Source of the DNA: Lytechinus pictus
Lineage: Eukaryota
Assembly (NCBI RefSeq): GCF_037042905.1
Contig: NC_087247.1
Location: 25,978,001-26,042,000, forward strand
DNA length: 64,000 nucleotides
Direction: 5' to 3'
A program made the position numbers and the translations under genes. The stretch's first letter is position 1, and every line of letters starts with the position of its first letter. The notes under the pieces were generated by a model. It ran no database searches and was not told the origin of the DNA. It saw only the letters and a list, made by a program, of their open reading frames with translations. Of this stretch, positions 36,860-48,777 are shown piece after piece.

Positions 36860-38248
36860 ATGGCCCCAAAGAAGTCAAGGAAAAAGAGGAAAAATTAGCC
36901 TGATGAGGAGGAAGGGCCCCAGTCTATACCCGTGGCCGAGGAGAAAGCTACTGCTTCTGTCATAGCTGGTGATGAGGGTGATGCATTTGGTGAAGCCCAG
37001 ACCGAGGATGATGAAATGCTGCAGGAAGGGGGCCAAGATCCACCAGCCGAAGCCAGTGATGAGAACAACGTGACAGATGGCCATGCTACCTGCGGTATCA
37101 CCAAAGCCATGGAGCAGGAGCTGGCCGAGTTTTTCGCTGACAATGAGTTCATCTACGACAAGAGCAAGGTGGACTTCAAAAACTCTAAGAAGAAGGAGCG
37201 CAAGTACATGGAGATGGCGGAAAAGCTGGGAGTCACCGGTAAGTAGTAGCTGAAAAATATGCACATTCCGATTTATTGATGATGTTTATTAGTTAAACAT
37301 GCCAATTTTTTGGATGTTGACTAATTTCTTGCTTCTACATTTTGTATATTTTCAGTGGCCGACATCAGACTATGGTATAAAAGCCAGAGGACCATCCTGG
37401 GGAAGATGAAGACCGCTGGAAAGAAGAGTTGTCAGAAGGCCATCGTCCTTACCCACAGGCAGAGATGGGTCAATAATAACCTTGGTTTTCTGACGAAGCA
37501 CATAGTCCATCGGTCACAGGGCTGCCAACTGGGCCACCTCAGTGGCCGAATTACTGAAGCCGCCTCCGACGAAGAGGGTTTAGATGAGGAGGGTCCAGAT
37601 GCCAGCCAAGCACCCAGCTCCAACCAAGTCTCCAGCCAGGGGGCTGCACCTCCCAAGAAGAGGCAGAAGAGGGGGTCGCCCACCGATGTGGACAAGGCCC
37701 TCCTGGAATTCATCAGAACATCCACCGAGCAGACGGCCATCCGGAGCCAGGTGGATGCGGCACTCACCCAAGGCGCTGACGAGAGGCAGGCCTGGCTAGA
37801 ATGGATGCTGCAGGCCGTCCGCCCACTCCCAAGACCCCTCTGGCGAGAGTTCACCAGGGACACTTTCAACTTGGTGAGCCGCTACCAGGATCGGGCGGAC
37901 CACCTTTCCACCACCCCAGTATCTCGCCCCAGCACTCCCCAGATGATCCAGCCACTCAGGCCTCAGTCAGCGCCGATCGGCTTCACCCAGGACGCTCCAC
38001 CTGCTTCCTTCCTTGGGATGCTCGGGCCAAGCAGCACCTGGACCCCTCAGAACCCTCAGGGAGGATTTCAGCAGCCCAATTTACAGGCCCCCTTCCAGCA
38101 GCAGCGTGCCCTCTTCCAGCAGCAGCACCCCCACTTCCAGCAAAAACAGCAGGCCCCCTTTAAGCAGCAGCAGCAAGGAGGCAGCAACAGCGCCAACACA
38201 TCAATCATCACCCAGTTGAACTTGTCAGATGAAGAAGATGAACAGTGA
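36860..38248 (+). pseudogene. Harbinger MADF/Myb-SANT-like DNA-binding protein, join(36860..37238,37356..38248), premature TAG at codon 13
   Basis: ATG-APKKSRKKRKN-TAG(36896)-PDEEE, then in frame LAEFFADNEFIYDKSKVDFKN...LGVT/VADIRLWYKSQRT (MADF pattern) across a GTAAGT..ttttcAG intron; Q-rich C-terminus. Confidence 0.8.
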
Positions 38249-39122
38249 ACTTTTGTTAAGATTGCTTTTATTGTTACTTGACGAACTCTCTCAACTCAAA
38301 TTATAATTTGACTATTTTGGAACATTTATTTCAAACTTTTTTAAACATTTACTCGGTGAATAGAATTCATTTTCGTTAACAAAATGTCTTGGAAAAAATA
38401 TATAATTTTTAAAACAACATGATTAATGACAATATAAAATTTGTTATATCTGTACATCTTTTTTATTCTCATAAATCACGTTTTTTCAAAAATGTTTTTT
38501 TTTTATATTTCAAATACATGCTATTAAAGGAGAATCAACGTTTATTATTTCAAACATTTCATTGTCAAAGAAATTTTTGTTTAAAATAAATGTTGACATG
38601 ATCATTCATTTCTTCTTTGAAATGATTCATTCCACTAAATCAAGGAGGCAGCAACAGCGCCGTCACATCAATCATCATCCATTTGAACTTGTCAGACTTG
38701 TCAAATAAAGAAAATGAACAGTGAACTTTTGTTTGGATTGTTATTGTTACTTGATGAACTCTCTCAATTTAATTTACAACTGACCCATTTTGGAACATTT
38801 ATTTCAAACTTTATTCTAAACATTAACATGGTCAATAAAATTAATTATCGTTAATAAAATGTCTTTGAAAAATATATATCATGTTTAAAACAACATGATT
38901 AATGACAAAAGAAAATATGTTATATCTGTACATCTTTTTTATTCTCATAAATCACATTTTTTCAAACATGTTCTCCTTCATTATTTTATTTCAAACACAT
39001 ATTATTAAGGAGAGTTAACTTTTTAAATTTCAAACTACCTTTCGATGTAAAAGTAATGTATGTTTAAAATAACTGTTGACATGGTCATTCATTTCTACTT
39101 TGAAATGATTCATTCCACAAAA
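38174..39122 (+). repeat. Diverged ~470-480 bp tandem duplication of the MADF gene 3' end and 3'UTR inside the Harbinger element
   Basis: CAAGGAGGCAGCAACAGCGCC starts at 38174 and again at 38641, with colinear downstream sequence. Confidence 0.9.
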
Positions 39123-39196
39123 TCATGATCGAAGTTTACATGCCATTTTTATGGCAGAGTCTGTGCTGTATCCCAATTAGTGCGCCAAGTGGCAGT

Positions 39197-40498
39197 CTAT
39201 ATCATGTGTTGTTGCCAGGGCAGGCTTCCAACTGGACTGTTGTAGTAGTGCTTCAGGTAAGTTCTCAGCTTCTTGCCCTCTTTGTTTGCCTGGTAGCCTC
39301 CGCCAACTCGTTCAACATCCTGCAGAACTGCTGCGTTTCTCCATGCCCCAGGGATGTGGTTGCCCAACTCATCTTCATGGTCAACGTCAATGTTCTGAAG
39401 CCCAGGAAAACGATCTCTCATTAGGTTGTGGAGGCACATGCAGGCCATGATGACTGTCCTGGCTTTTTCTGGATCAAGCTGTAGGGTACTCAACAAGCAT
39501 CTCCAGCGATGGGCAAGGATGCCAAAGCTGTTCTCCACCACACGGCGAGCCCTCGAGAGACGGTAGTTGAAGATTCTCTCATCGTCGGTCTGCTCACGGT
39601 TGGAGTACGGCTTCTGCATCCATGTCCTGAGAGGGAAGGCGTCGTCCCCAATTAAGAAGTAAGGGGTGTCTCGGTCATCATCTGGCAGGGGCTCTGGATC
39701 TGACAGGCCAAGAGTACCATTCTCCAGTCCACGTCTCAGCGGGCTGTGGTTGAAGACCTGGGCATCCGATGATGAACCGGGATTACCAACGTCAGCCCAG
39801 AGGAACTTGTAATTGCCATCAACTAGGGCCAAGAGGATGAGGCTGTAGAAACCCTTGTAGTTGTAGTAGATCGTACCAGAGCCTGGTGGATTTCTGATGG
39901 CCACGTGTTTTCCGTCCAAGGCTCCGCAGACATGATGAAAGTTCCATCTGTCAGCGTAAGTCCGTGCCACTTCTCTCCATTCATCTGGGGTAGTTGGACA
40001 GGAAAATACTTCATCTTGGTATTCACTGATGATGGCCTGGCACACCTCTGGTATAAACAGAGAGATGGTATTATGGGCAACACGGAAGGCATACTGCAGG
40101 GTTTTGTAGCTGTTGCCGGTCGCAAGATATCTCAAGGTGATGGCCAGTTTGAGCCCAGGATCCAGTGGCTGCCGGTAGCGATAGGACTTCTCTATCCTCG
40201 GAGTGATGCGCTGCAACAGTTCAAGGAACGTTTCTGGTGGCATCCTCATGTAGTTCAGGAAGTCACCCTGACATTCTCTCTGCAACTCCGTCATCAGATT
40301 ATCATACTGTCCAAACAGCACACGTCTCTCAATCCAGGGTTTGACCCACCACCTTCTTCTTTGCCTTGCATGTCTTTGACGTCTACGGATGAGTAAGGCC
40401 ATCAATATGACATGTCTGTCTTGAACGTTTTGGATTTGCCTTCTCAGACTTAGCAAATGCAAGAGCCTCCCAGGAGCTATTGATCGAGCAGCAGCCAT
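39197..40498 (-). CDS. Harbinger (HARBI1-type, DDE_Tnp_4) transposase, 433 aa, intact
   Basis: LAITLRYLATG, GALDGKHV, YYNYKGFYS, SSDAQVF, IGDDAFPL, FNYRLSRARRVVENSFGIL; D-D-E triad present. Confidence 0.95.
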   Translation of the reverse strand: MAAARSIAPGRLLHLLSLRRQIQNVQDRHVILMALLIRRRQRHARQRRRWWVKPWIERRVLFGQYDNLMTELQRECQGDFLNYMRMPPETFLELLQRITPRIEKSYRYRQPLDPGLKLAITLRYLATGNSYKTLQYAFRVAHNTISLFIPEVCQAIISEYQDEVFSCPTTPDEWREVARTYADRWNFHHVCGALDGKHVAIRNPPGSGTIYYNYKGFYSLILLALVDGNYKFLWADVGNPGSSSDAQVFNHSPLRRGLENGTLGLSDPEPLPDDDRDTPYFLIGDDAFPLRTWMQKPYSNREQTDDERIFNYRLSRARRVVENSFGILAHRWRCLLSTLQLDPEKARTVIMACMCLHNLMRDRFPGLQNIDVDHEDELGNHIPGAWRNAAVLQDVERVGGGYQANKEGKKLRTYLKHYYNSPVGSLPWQQHMI

Positions 40499-43306
40499 GT
40501 TTACAGTATGGATGGTCCAGACATTTGGGATGAAAGCTCAGGAGTTCTCGAGCTTATATTGGGGGTGAAAAAAAATCGTACAACGTTGCAAAGGGGGCAA
40601 GACAGGTCTTCCAATAGTCTTAGGGTGGTACAACGGACTCGTACGACAGGATGCATCATCGTACGACATGAAAATACTCGTGCAACACTCGTTCGGGGTC
40701 TTACGAGTGCGTGCAAAGTCGCACAACACTCGTACTGCCTGTCGTGCAATTATTTTTCATCGCGTCAGTCGCTCAAAATATCGGAGCAGCACGGTTTTTT
40801 TTTCCCGACCGAGATGCGACCATTTTGTCGCATCTGGATCGTACAATAAGTGGTACAACGGCTACAACGAGTCGTACAACGGGAAAAATTTCGAGTCGCA
40901 AGCCGTTGTAGTCTGTTTGGCAACAATTGTGAAAGGGGCTTTACTAAACAACCATAATTTTGGTGCAAACAGGTTCCTAATTTAAAAAGAGGAAGGTATA
41001 AAATTCGTGTCGTATTGAATAAAAAGTACAATATTTTTTATCAAATTCTATTAAACTTCATGTCATTTCCCTGCACATTCATCTCCTGTCCTTTTTTGCG
41101 CCCTCAGTTTGAAATTTTGAATGACACTTAAGTTTCTTTATCATTCAAAATGAAGCGCTTCAGGATAAGTCAAAGAAATTATACATCATTCTTTCTTATC
41201 TAATTTCAATAAATCACACAAGTTTCAACTTTTTGCGCACTATTTTCCTTGTAATAAAGTTCGAAAATCTAGAAAATCAATTGAATTAGAGCCGATGGGG
41301 TATTAAAGATATCTGCATTTGATGAAACGTCCGCCCTATGAAATTTCAGAGTTTCATTGCTCTGCGCGGGGAGGAATATCTTCCTCCCGGCATATACACT
41401 TCTCCTCTGTTTTGCGAGTTAAAGATATGCACTGTCGCTAAATTGCTTGTAATCAAATCTGATCTTTCCAAGGAAAGTATTCAATATATCTTAGAGAATA
41501 CCCTTTATTCGGGACCCTTTTCTTTGCAAAAAAAATGATAAAACGCTTTAGCTTCCGCGCTTCTCGCGGGGTTATTATTATTTTAATTTCCTCCATTGTA
41601 TTCCTTTTTTATGCGTTCACAATTACTTTTGAAAACAAGATTCAAAATCACAATATAGTCAAATGAATTGGAGCTGATATAGGTACTAGAGACAAGAGAG
41701 ACGGCTCCTTTTCATTTTAATTTATGAAAAAATGGCACCGAAAGCTTCGCCCGAGAGGGGGGAACTCCCCTCCCTGCACCCACCCCTAGGGAGCGCGCTT
41801 CGCGCGCTCTGTAAGTGTTGGCACCTTTGGTTGGCACGCTTCGCGTGCATTTACCGCCGGCCCCTCCAAAATGTATTCCTGGCTACGCGGTTGCAAAGGT
41901 GAGGTAAGACCGATTATTTTATCTCTTGAAAAGTATGCCAGCGATCGCATTGGACACCGAGGTTGCTTTTTTGGTGTCATTTTTAGAGTCGCAATATCGA
42001 GTAATATATTTGGAGATATTTGCCCCTTATATAAGCAAGTTAAGACATTAATACTGCCATGAAGCATATCAATATTCTCGTTTATATATCCTCTTTCTTG
42101 TCGAATGCTGATAGTTTGCATTAGTTGTTGATTAATGATAAAACAAAATAATATCAATGCACATGCACATTTTTGACCAAAAACATTAAAATTTTGGCAT
42201 AAATTATCATCTTTAAAAAAAATATTAACCGGACAGTCCAGAAAAAGATCGCAATCGATTTCTTCTATCTAAATCATCGTGAAATGCGTATTCATTTATT
42301 ATTTAAAAAAATGAAAATAATTGATTTTCATGAAAAATCCAGGATGGCCGACAAAATTGCCAATTTGAACCCCATGGGACACGATTTTGAAAAGGGAACA
42401 TCAAGAATCATTAACTAGACACTTCAGACAATAAAAAAAAAATGGTTAAAAGAATATAGGGCCTGTCATGATGGTGGACGGGAACCCCTATTTTCGACTC
42501 GACCAATTACGTATTTGAAGGCGTTTATTGAAATAAAAAAGATGTATGAGTCTGTTTATCCAGACACTTGCAGCTTTGCCAATTATTCAACATGGTGCAC
42601 GGGAACACCTATTTCCGACTAGACTACCCGGGTAGACTACATCTGATTGCGATTTTTTTTAATTACCCTGGCTGTATATAGCAGAGAAGCTATTCCACGT
42701 TCCGTGTTTCAATTCCAGCCAGCTCACCAGGGTTATAAGTGCAGCAGCACATGAAAAAGATGGTTGAAATGACAGGATGCTTCCTGTAGGCTGTAGGCCC
42801 TATTATCAACGGCACTCTATGCAGCTTGTGAGTTCAAAAATATATCTCTAGAAACAAATTTTCATGATTACTTCTTATATGTGAAGCACCCCCTCATCCT
42901 CGAAAAAGACATGCCTCCCCTATACACTCCCAGATCTGTGGCGGTTTCTTGCACACATAGATACCAGTACAACTAAGAAGGCGCCAGTCTAAAAGTAATT
43001 AGATTCCCCCCTAATTCCCTTTATTTTTTTTTAGTTCCTTTCAAAACTCACAGGAAATTGTAAACAATTTTTAATGTCTTAAAAAACAACAACACATAGA
43101 TGGTTTTAGATTAAAAAAAAAAGGGAAAAAGGAGTCTTCGGAGGCACATAACCTGATGTAACCAGAATGCATAGGCGGATGGGGGGGGGGGGGGGGGGAT
43201 GCGAGGTAGCCTTTATACATAGCTGATAAAAGCCGTATAGTGTAATTTTCTCTGATCTGTCTCTTTCGAGAGACCATTAAACTGTTGGGGGGGTAGGGCC
43301 TATTTA

Positions 43307-44023
43307 AACCCCTCAAAAAAGTATGGAAATCTGAGTTTGGCCATTAATTTCTCCAGATCCCCAATTTTACACAATGCATGTTTGATATAATTCTAAAGAT
43401 AATTTAATTTTCTTTAAAATGATACCACGCTTGTTATGATCATGCCATTACAAAAAGAGCAGGATTCAAAAGTGTTGGATGAGGTCTGAATTAAGCTGCC
43501 AAACGAGCAGAAATAGTCATGAAGGGTCAATGAAGAACATGATTCTTTTGTCTGTGAAAATCCATTTAAATCAAGCCCCTGCTTCTTCATATTTTATGTT
43601 TTGTTGTGGTTTATGTACTTTAGTGAAAGTCTGTGAGATAACATGGTTTGAGTCGTGGTTTGAAATACCCATGTTATGTTATATGTGTTTGCTTGTGCAG
43701 AGGTATGTTTGATTCCATAATGTTGATGTTAAAGTGCATGAAAACAAAAGAAACCGCTGAGAAACTCACTCATCACCACGGAAAAAAGGAAACAGTGACT
43801 TTCAATATTGTGTCATTTTTCAACTTTTGAATTTTGACCTTGTCCCACGTTTCAGGGCACTGCACCTCCATGTGCACCATCATCATTATCATGTATGGTA
43901 TCATTTTAAAGAGAATTACTAATAAATGATTTATTCGATGGTATCAATCACACATTAAAGTTTACTAAAACCGAGAAGGGATTATCTATCAAAGTCAGAT
44001 TTCCAAACTTTTTTTGAGGAGTT
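43307..44023. mobile_element. Tc1/mariner-like non-autonomous element
   Basis: TIR AACCCCTCAAAAAAGTATGGAAATCTGA / TCAGATTTCCAAACTTTTTTTGAGGAGTT, flanked by TA. Confidence 0.65.
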
Positions 44024-44323
44024 TAGCTGTCATTCTAATTTTGTGGCACTAAAGAAAATTTCAAATTTATAAATTTAAGAGTCGAACAATGATCGTGATT
44101 AGCTGGTAAGCCCCGTCACTATTAAAGTCCGTGGTAGTTATTTCACAATAGCAGAGGTACCGTGTACTGAGACTTTTTTTACAGACTCGTAACAATGGAT
44201 CATCATTTACTCCGCAAACCATTTCGATCTTTTCATAAGAATAAGCATTCCATTGGAGCTTTGGGATAGGGCCTATTCCATTTTACATTCATTCATTCAT
44301 TCACTCGATCACTCACTCATTCA

Positions 44324-44505
44324 CAGGGGCCGCGGAACGGTTTTCAAAGTGGGGGGGCTGAGCCAAAAGTGGGGGGGGGGGCTGACCATGCAAAAAATCA
44401 CAATCTTATGGTAATTTTTACGTTTTTGTACACGGTTTTGGAAAAAAGTGGGGGGGAGGGGGGGCTGAAGCCCCCCCAGCCCCCCCCCCGCTTCCGCGGC
44501 CCCTG
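44324..44505. mobile_element. Short CAG..CTG MITE with 5-bp TSD in an (ATTC)n microsatellite
   Basis: CAGGGGCCGCGGAA / TTCCGCGGCCCCTG; TSD ATTCA. Confidence 0.8.
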
Positions 44506-44531
44506 ATTCATTCATTCATTCATAACGTTAA

Positions 44532-45147
44532 AGGACAAGTCCACCCCAACCATTAGCTGATTTAAATAAAATGAGGAAAATCCTACAAGCATTTAACACT
44601 GAAATTTTTTATCAAAATCGGATGTGAAATAAGATAGTTATGACATTTTAAAGTTTCGCTTAATTTCACAAAACAGTTATATGCACATCCTGGTCGATAT
44701 GCAAATGAGGAGACTGGTGACGTCATCCATGCACTCACTATTTCTTTTGTATTTTATTATATGAAATAGTGAAATATTCTAATTTTTCCTCATTGTCAAG
44801 TGAAACTAGGATTGATTCCACCCTGAACATGCGGAATTAGCGTTATTTAAAGGAATGGTCCAGGCTGGAAATATTTATATCTCAATAAATAGAATAAAAT
44901 TCACAAAGCAAAATGCTGAAATTTCATCAAAATCGGATAAAATAACAAAATTATTGAATTTCATAGATTTGCATTATTCCGGTGAAACAGTTCTGGCATG
45001 TCTTTATGAATATTCATTAAGTGGGCTGATGATTTTATATCCCCACTTGTTCTTATTATACATCCGATTTTGATGAAATTTTTCAAGTTTGCTCGTTTGA
45101 TTTTTCTCTATTTATTCAAATCATCATTTCTGGGGTGGACTTGACCT
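44532..45147. mobile_element. Related TTAA MITE (AGGACAAGTCCACCCC / GGGGTGGACTTGACCT) containing a partial copy of the 15046 family at ~44850-45060
   Basis: TTAA on both sides; internal TTAAAGGAATGGTCCAGGCTGG marks the nested insertion. Confidence 0.75.
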
Positions 45148-45487
45148 TTAATATTCGACAACTAATCGCCCGGCCCCGTGGCCAATAGAGGGCAGTGGTA
45201 TTTTACGGGTCTGCAGCAGACGTGGACGACAGGATCGATCCGACGGTAAATATTATCAAAATTGTAATTATTTCTGAATTAAAAGTGCCAATAATTTTCA
45301 TTCTGTGTGAATGGCTTAAAAGGATGTCTTGGATCCAAATTGAAAATCGTTTAAGTAGACGTAAACGTATGTCAGTGTCTGAGAAATTAATTGTGCTCAT
45401 GTGTGTTCGTTATTGTCACTCAGCGCCAGCGGGTCAGCGGCAGCGCCATGACATGAATGCCGGGGCGTCACCGGCTGCAACCCTTAA

Positions 45488-46373
45488 GGCCACCGCACAC
45501 GTGCACCTTACGACCCGACTGGTCTGCGACTGGCTTGCGACTGAGTTAGGGGAGATGAATCGCTAGGTGGTCATAAGCCTCGACACCACACACCTTGTGA
45601 TCCGATCTGCGACTCACGCATCCGCTTTTTGCTATTAGTATTTGGCATAGCAACTGAGAAAGTGCGCTTACTAGTGCGTATGCGCGTTGTTTATCATATA
45701 CGCGTCGTGCAACTCTGCTGTCTGATTGGCTGGAAGCTGGATTGAGCTTGCGATCATGTCATAAGGATTCGACATGTCAAATCCTTCCGATTTTCCTTGC
45801 GACTTGTCTCTGACCGGTCTGCGACTTGAAGCTGACAAGAGCTGTGACGTCACATCTCCCCTCACCCAGTCGCAAGCCAGTCGGCGACTGGTCGGGTCGT
45901 AAGGCAGTAGAGGCGCACGGCCAATATGGGAGACTCTCTCCAATAGGGGAGACAATCTCCCACATGTCATTGGAGACTTGCTTTGCAAAAGGACAAAAGA
46001 AACAACACCAACAAAAGCATGATTTTTTCCACCCAAAATTTTGTCTCACTGAGGTCAGAAGCCCATTTGTTTTGTGTGTGATTGACAACAAAAATCCTTA
46101 TCAAAACAAAAGTAGACGGTGAATTTTTAAAGTAGACGGTGAAAGGGGGTAATTTTTCATGAGGAATCTGCTTATCACATTTTTATTTGCCGCCAAGGTA
46201 ATCCTTTTGCAGCAAATGTAAACAAAGGAAATTGGTCTCCAAAACTGGAGACTGTCTCTGAAATTGGATACCCAAATTCTTTACAAAAGTCTCTGATATT
46301 GGAGATAATCTCCCACATTGGAGACAGTCTCCAATATTGGCCATGCGCCTCTACTGTAAGGTGTGCTGTGGCC
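45488..46373. mobile_element. Harbinger-like MITE (GGCCACCGCACAC / GTGTGCTGTGGCC) with GCGAC repeats
   Basis: TIRs flanked by TTAA on both sides; subterminal CTTACGACCCGAC / GTCGGGTCGTAAG. Confidence 0.75.
45905..46356. mobile_element. CAGTAGAGGCGCA-terminated MITE nested in the right TIR of the 45488 element
   Basis: ~31-bp TIR; perfect 5-bp TSD TAAGG at 45900-45904 and 46357-46361. Confidence 0.85.
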
Positions 46374-48777
46374 TTAACAGTAACAGTTAGTAAGGGTAAG
46401 GCGCCGCGCGCAGCCGGTTGTTGCATGCATCACTGCCTTAAGTAAATCCTACTTTCTGAGCTCAATACTATTTTTGTATTAAGTTGTTTAATAGGCCGGC
46501 CTTACTTTAGTTATACAGTCACTCACACTAGTGCGAGGTTAGTATTAGTATTATTACTAACCTCTCACTACCTCGAGCGATGTTCACGTTCATGCATCAT
46601 GTTTTGTTTATTATGCCACTGCGTTGAAGTAATGTGTTTTGTAAAACCTAAACCCGTGATTTGATTGAAAATAGCTGCATCTTTAAGGTTTATAATGGCT
46701 GAATCTGGAGTGGTCTAGGGGTCTCCCCCCTTGAGCTTAGGGTCAACACTCGTGTACAATCATCATTATGAAAAGTCTTGTTCACATCAAGATATGACTG
46801 GGAAATTTTTTGCTCTAGCCTAGCATGTATAAAGTTTGTGCTTGTTGCATATCTTCTTGTACTAGAACCGTGCAGATACATGTCACAGACAAGGGGGACT
46901 GCGCAGACTCTGGGGATCTTACCATACAAGGTACACTCTCAGTTAGCTATCTTTAACTCCTTAATACTATTAAATAAAACCTGTAAAATAAAAACAGAGA
47001 ACAATAGATTTGGTCTCTGGTTTTTACAGGTAATAGTGAGTTAAAGAAAGCTGACTGGTGGAACCTTGTTCTCTGTAAGGACTCCCTGTGTGGTGAAATA
47101 AGGTTGGCTTGTTTTCTCTTGTTACTGAGGATAAATGCTTGATTTTTTACACTGTCAGTTTCTGTTACAGCTATTCATCATATATCTTGGTTCTAAAGTT
47201 AATTGAAATCTTTCAATTGTTTTTTTCTAAATAAAAGATTGTTTGGTGACAATTCTGACCAACTTTACTTTTCCACTAATAGAGCGTCCACTAAAAAATA
47301 TGCTCAAAATTAAAGGTTTTTTAGTGCTCTGGTGAATAAAAAATGATGTCCAAGTTAATAAAAAAAATCATAACTGTATGGAACTGATTATTTTTGGTAA
47401 CAAAAGTGATATTTTAAAGAATGTTTGCTGTATGTTCCATAGATCTAAATATAGATTAACAACAGGCAGCGTGGTTGCAGTGAACAAGTGGGCGCGCAGG
47501 GGTAATAGACTGAAAATCTGCTTTTTCTTCAGAGTTTTAAAGAATTTTCTGATTTTTCTCAGTCCTCCTCCTACACAGACAACTTTAACTACAGCCTCTA
47601 TTTCGAAAAGGGTGTGCTACCTCACCCGTTTTGGTTTCTCTTTAAATCTCGCTTTCAATGGGAGAAACAAAGTGCCAGAATGAAAATTGCCATTTTAAGA
47701 ATACAATCAGCTTTATAACAGTTTCTCAAAATATGTGATGTGAAATCCCAAAGTTTGATTCCAAAGAGGCGATGTCAGGTCAGTCGATCGTTTGTCTTTG
47801 TGTTTCGAATGCAGCTAGAACATGTAGGCCTACCGATACGCACACCAGCCAATCATGTTTGTATATCATGGCATGATGTCTACCACCACCAAGTGTTGCG
47901 GTCTGTATGGAGGGAGAAGATGCAAAAATAGACTGATTTTTCAGCATAGGTTAATGTCAGCCAATGATTAGGGTCATACTTGTGAAGCATCAAGGTCTCT
48001 TGTGCTACCCTTAGGGAGACTACTTGGGTGTGGAATAGACCAAAAACGAACAACACCACCCGTGAGCCCAATTCATCTATGAACAAGTGTATGCAACTTA
48101 GGCTTCTTTAATCTATCTGAACGCATTCCTTTTGGACATACCAATTTGCCTATCTTTGCAGATTCTCAAGTGCATCAACAAAACTATTTATGAATTAATA
48201 ACGTATTTGCAAGGACAGATGAAAGCTACTGAATTGATACAATTTGATTGGCTCAATAGTAAACTGATATTGTAAAATAAGTGCATTTGCCATTAGGACC
48301 CAGATGACCAAAGTTATATCATGTATCTTGCCATGACCCGGTGGGGGGGTGTTAATATTTTCCTGTCACTCAAAATATCAAGCGTAGCTCTTTAAAACAG
48401 AAAAAAGGTCATCACTTAAGATAAAAAATTGGGTTATGTCTTAAAGTGATAAGATAATGTTCAATAAAATGATGATATCTCAGATCTTTTAAAAACATAA
48501 ATTCTTCCCTTAGAATAGATAATGAGATAACAAGATCTTGGCTCTCATCATGTCGTCATACTTTAGAAGAAATGATGACAATATCTTGGATCGTCATGTC
48601 AACATCCTTCAGCAGACATTATGAGATGACAAGATCCTTTTTTACAAAAGCATGTGCTTGCAAATGCCATGCATATCAGCAATCAGCATGCTGAAGTTTG
48701 TTTGTCTCAACTAAAATCCAGATTCATACAGCTTCATATCTGCATAGTCCGGCTGTTTACACTTTACATTAAGCATA

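Larger units (their letters stand above)
36387..40940. mobile_element. PIF/Harbinger DNA transposon, two convergent genes, near full length
   Basis: Perfect TIRs AGCCCCTTTCACAATTG / CAATTGTGAAAGGGGCT; TAA and TTA flanks; subterminal TCGTAC/TCGTGC/GTCGCA repeats; MADF gene (+) and DDE transposase (-). Confidence 0.93.
35860..41893. mobile_element. Non-autonomous TIR element (CATGCGCGTAGCC ... GGCTACGCGGTTG) hosting the Harbinger
   Basis: Interrupts the right arm of the foldback precisely; imperfect 5-bp TSD CAACG/CAAAG. Confidence 0.7.
32106..42626. mobile_element. Foldback-type non-autonomous element with ~1-kb inverted arms (left 32106-33402; right 35576-35858 plus 41894-42626)
   Basis: Blocks such as TAGTCGAGTCGGAAATAGGGGTTCCCGTGCACCAT, GTCTAGTTAATGATTCTTGATGTTCCC, GGACTGTCCGGTTAATATT and GTTGGTGTGACTAACACG recur reverse-complemented in colinear order; no coding capacity seen. 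Confidence 0.8.

Noticed and set aside
39197-40498. Domesticated host gene HARBI1
   Set aside because: Intronless, paired with a MADF gene and bounded by perfect TIRs, so it is a transposon copy.
36395-40985. Many overlapping 60-160 aa ORFs in and around the Harbinger genes
   Set aside because: Shadow frames of GC-rich coding DNA and subterminal repeats; no recognisable domains.
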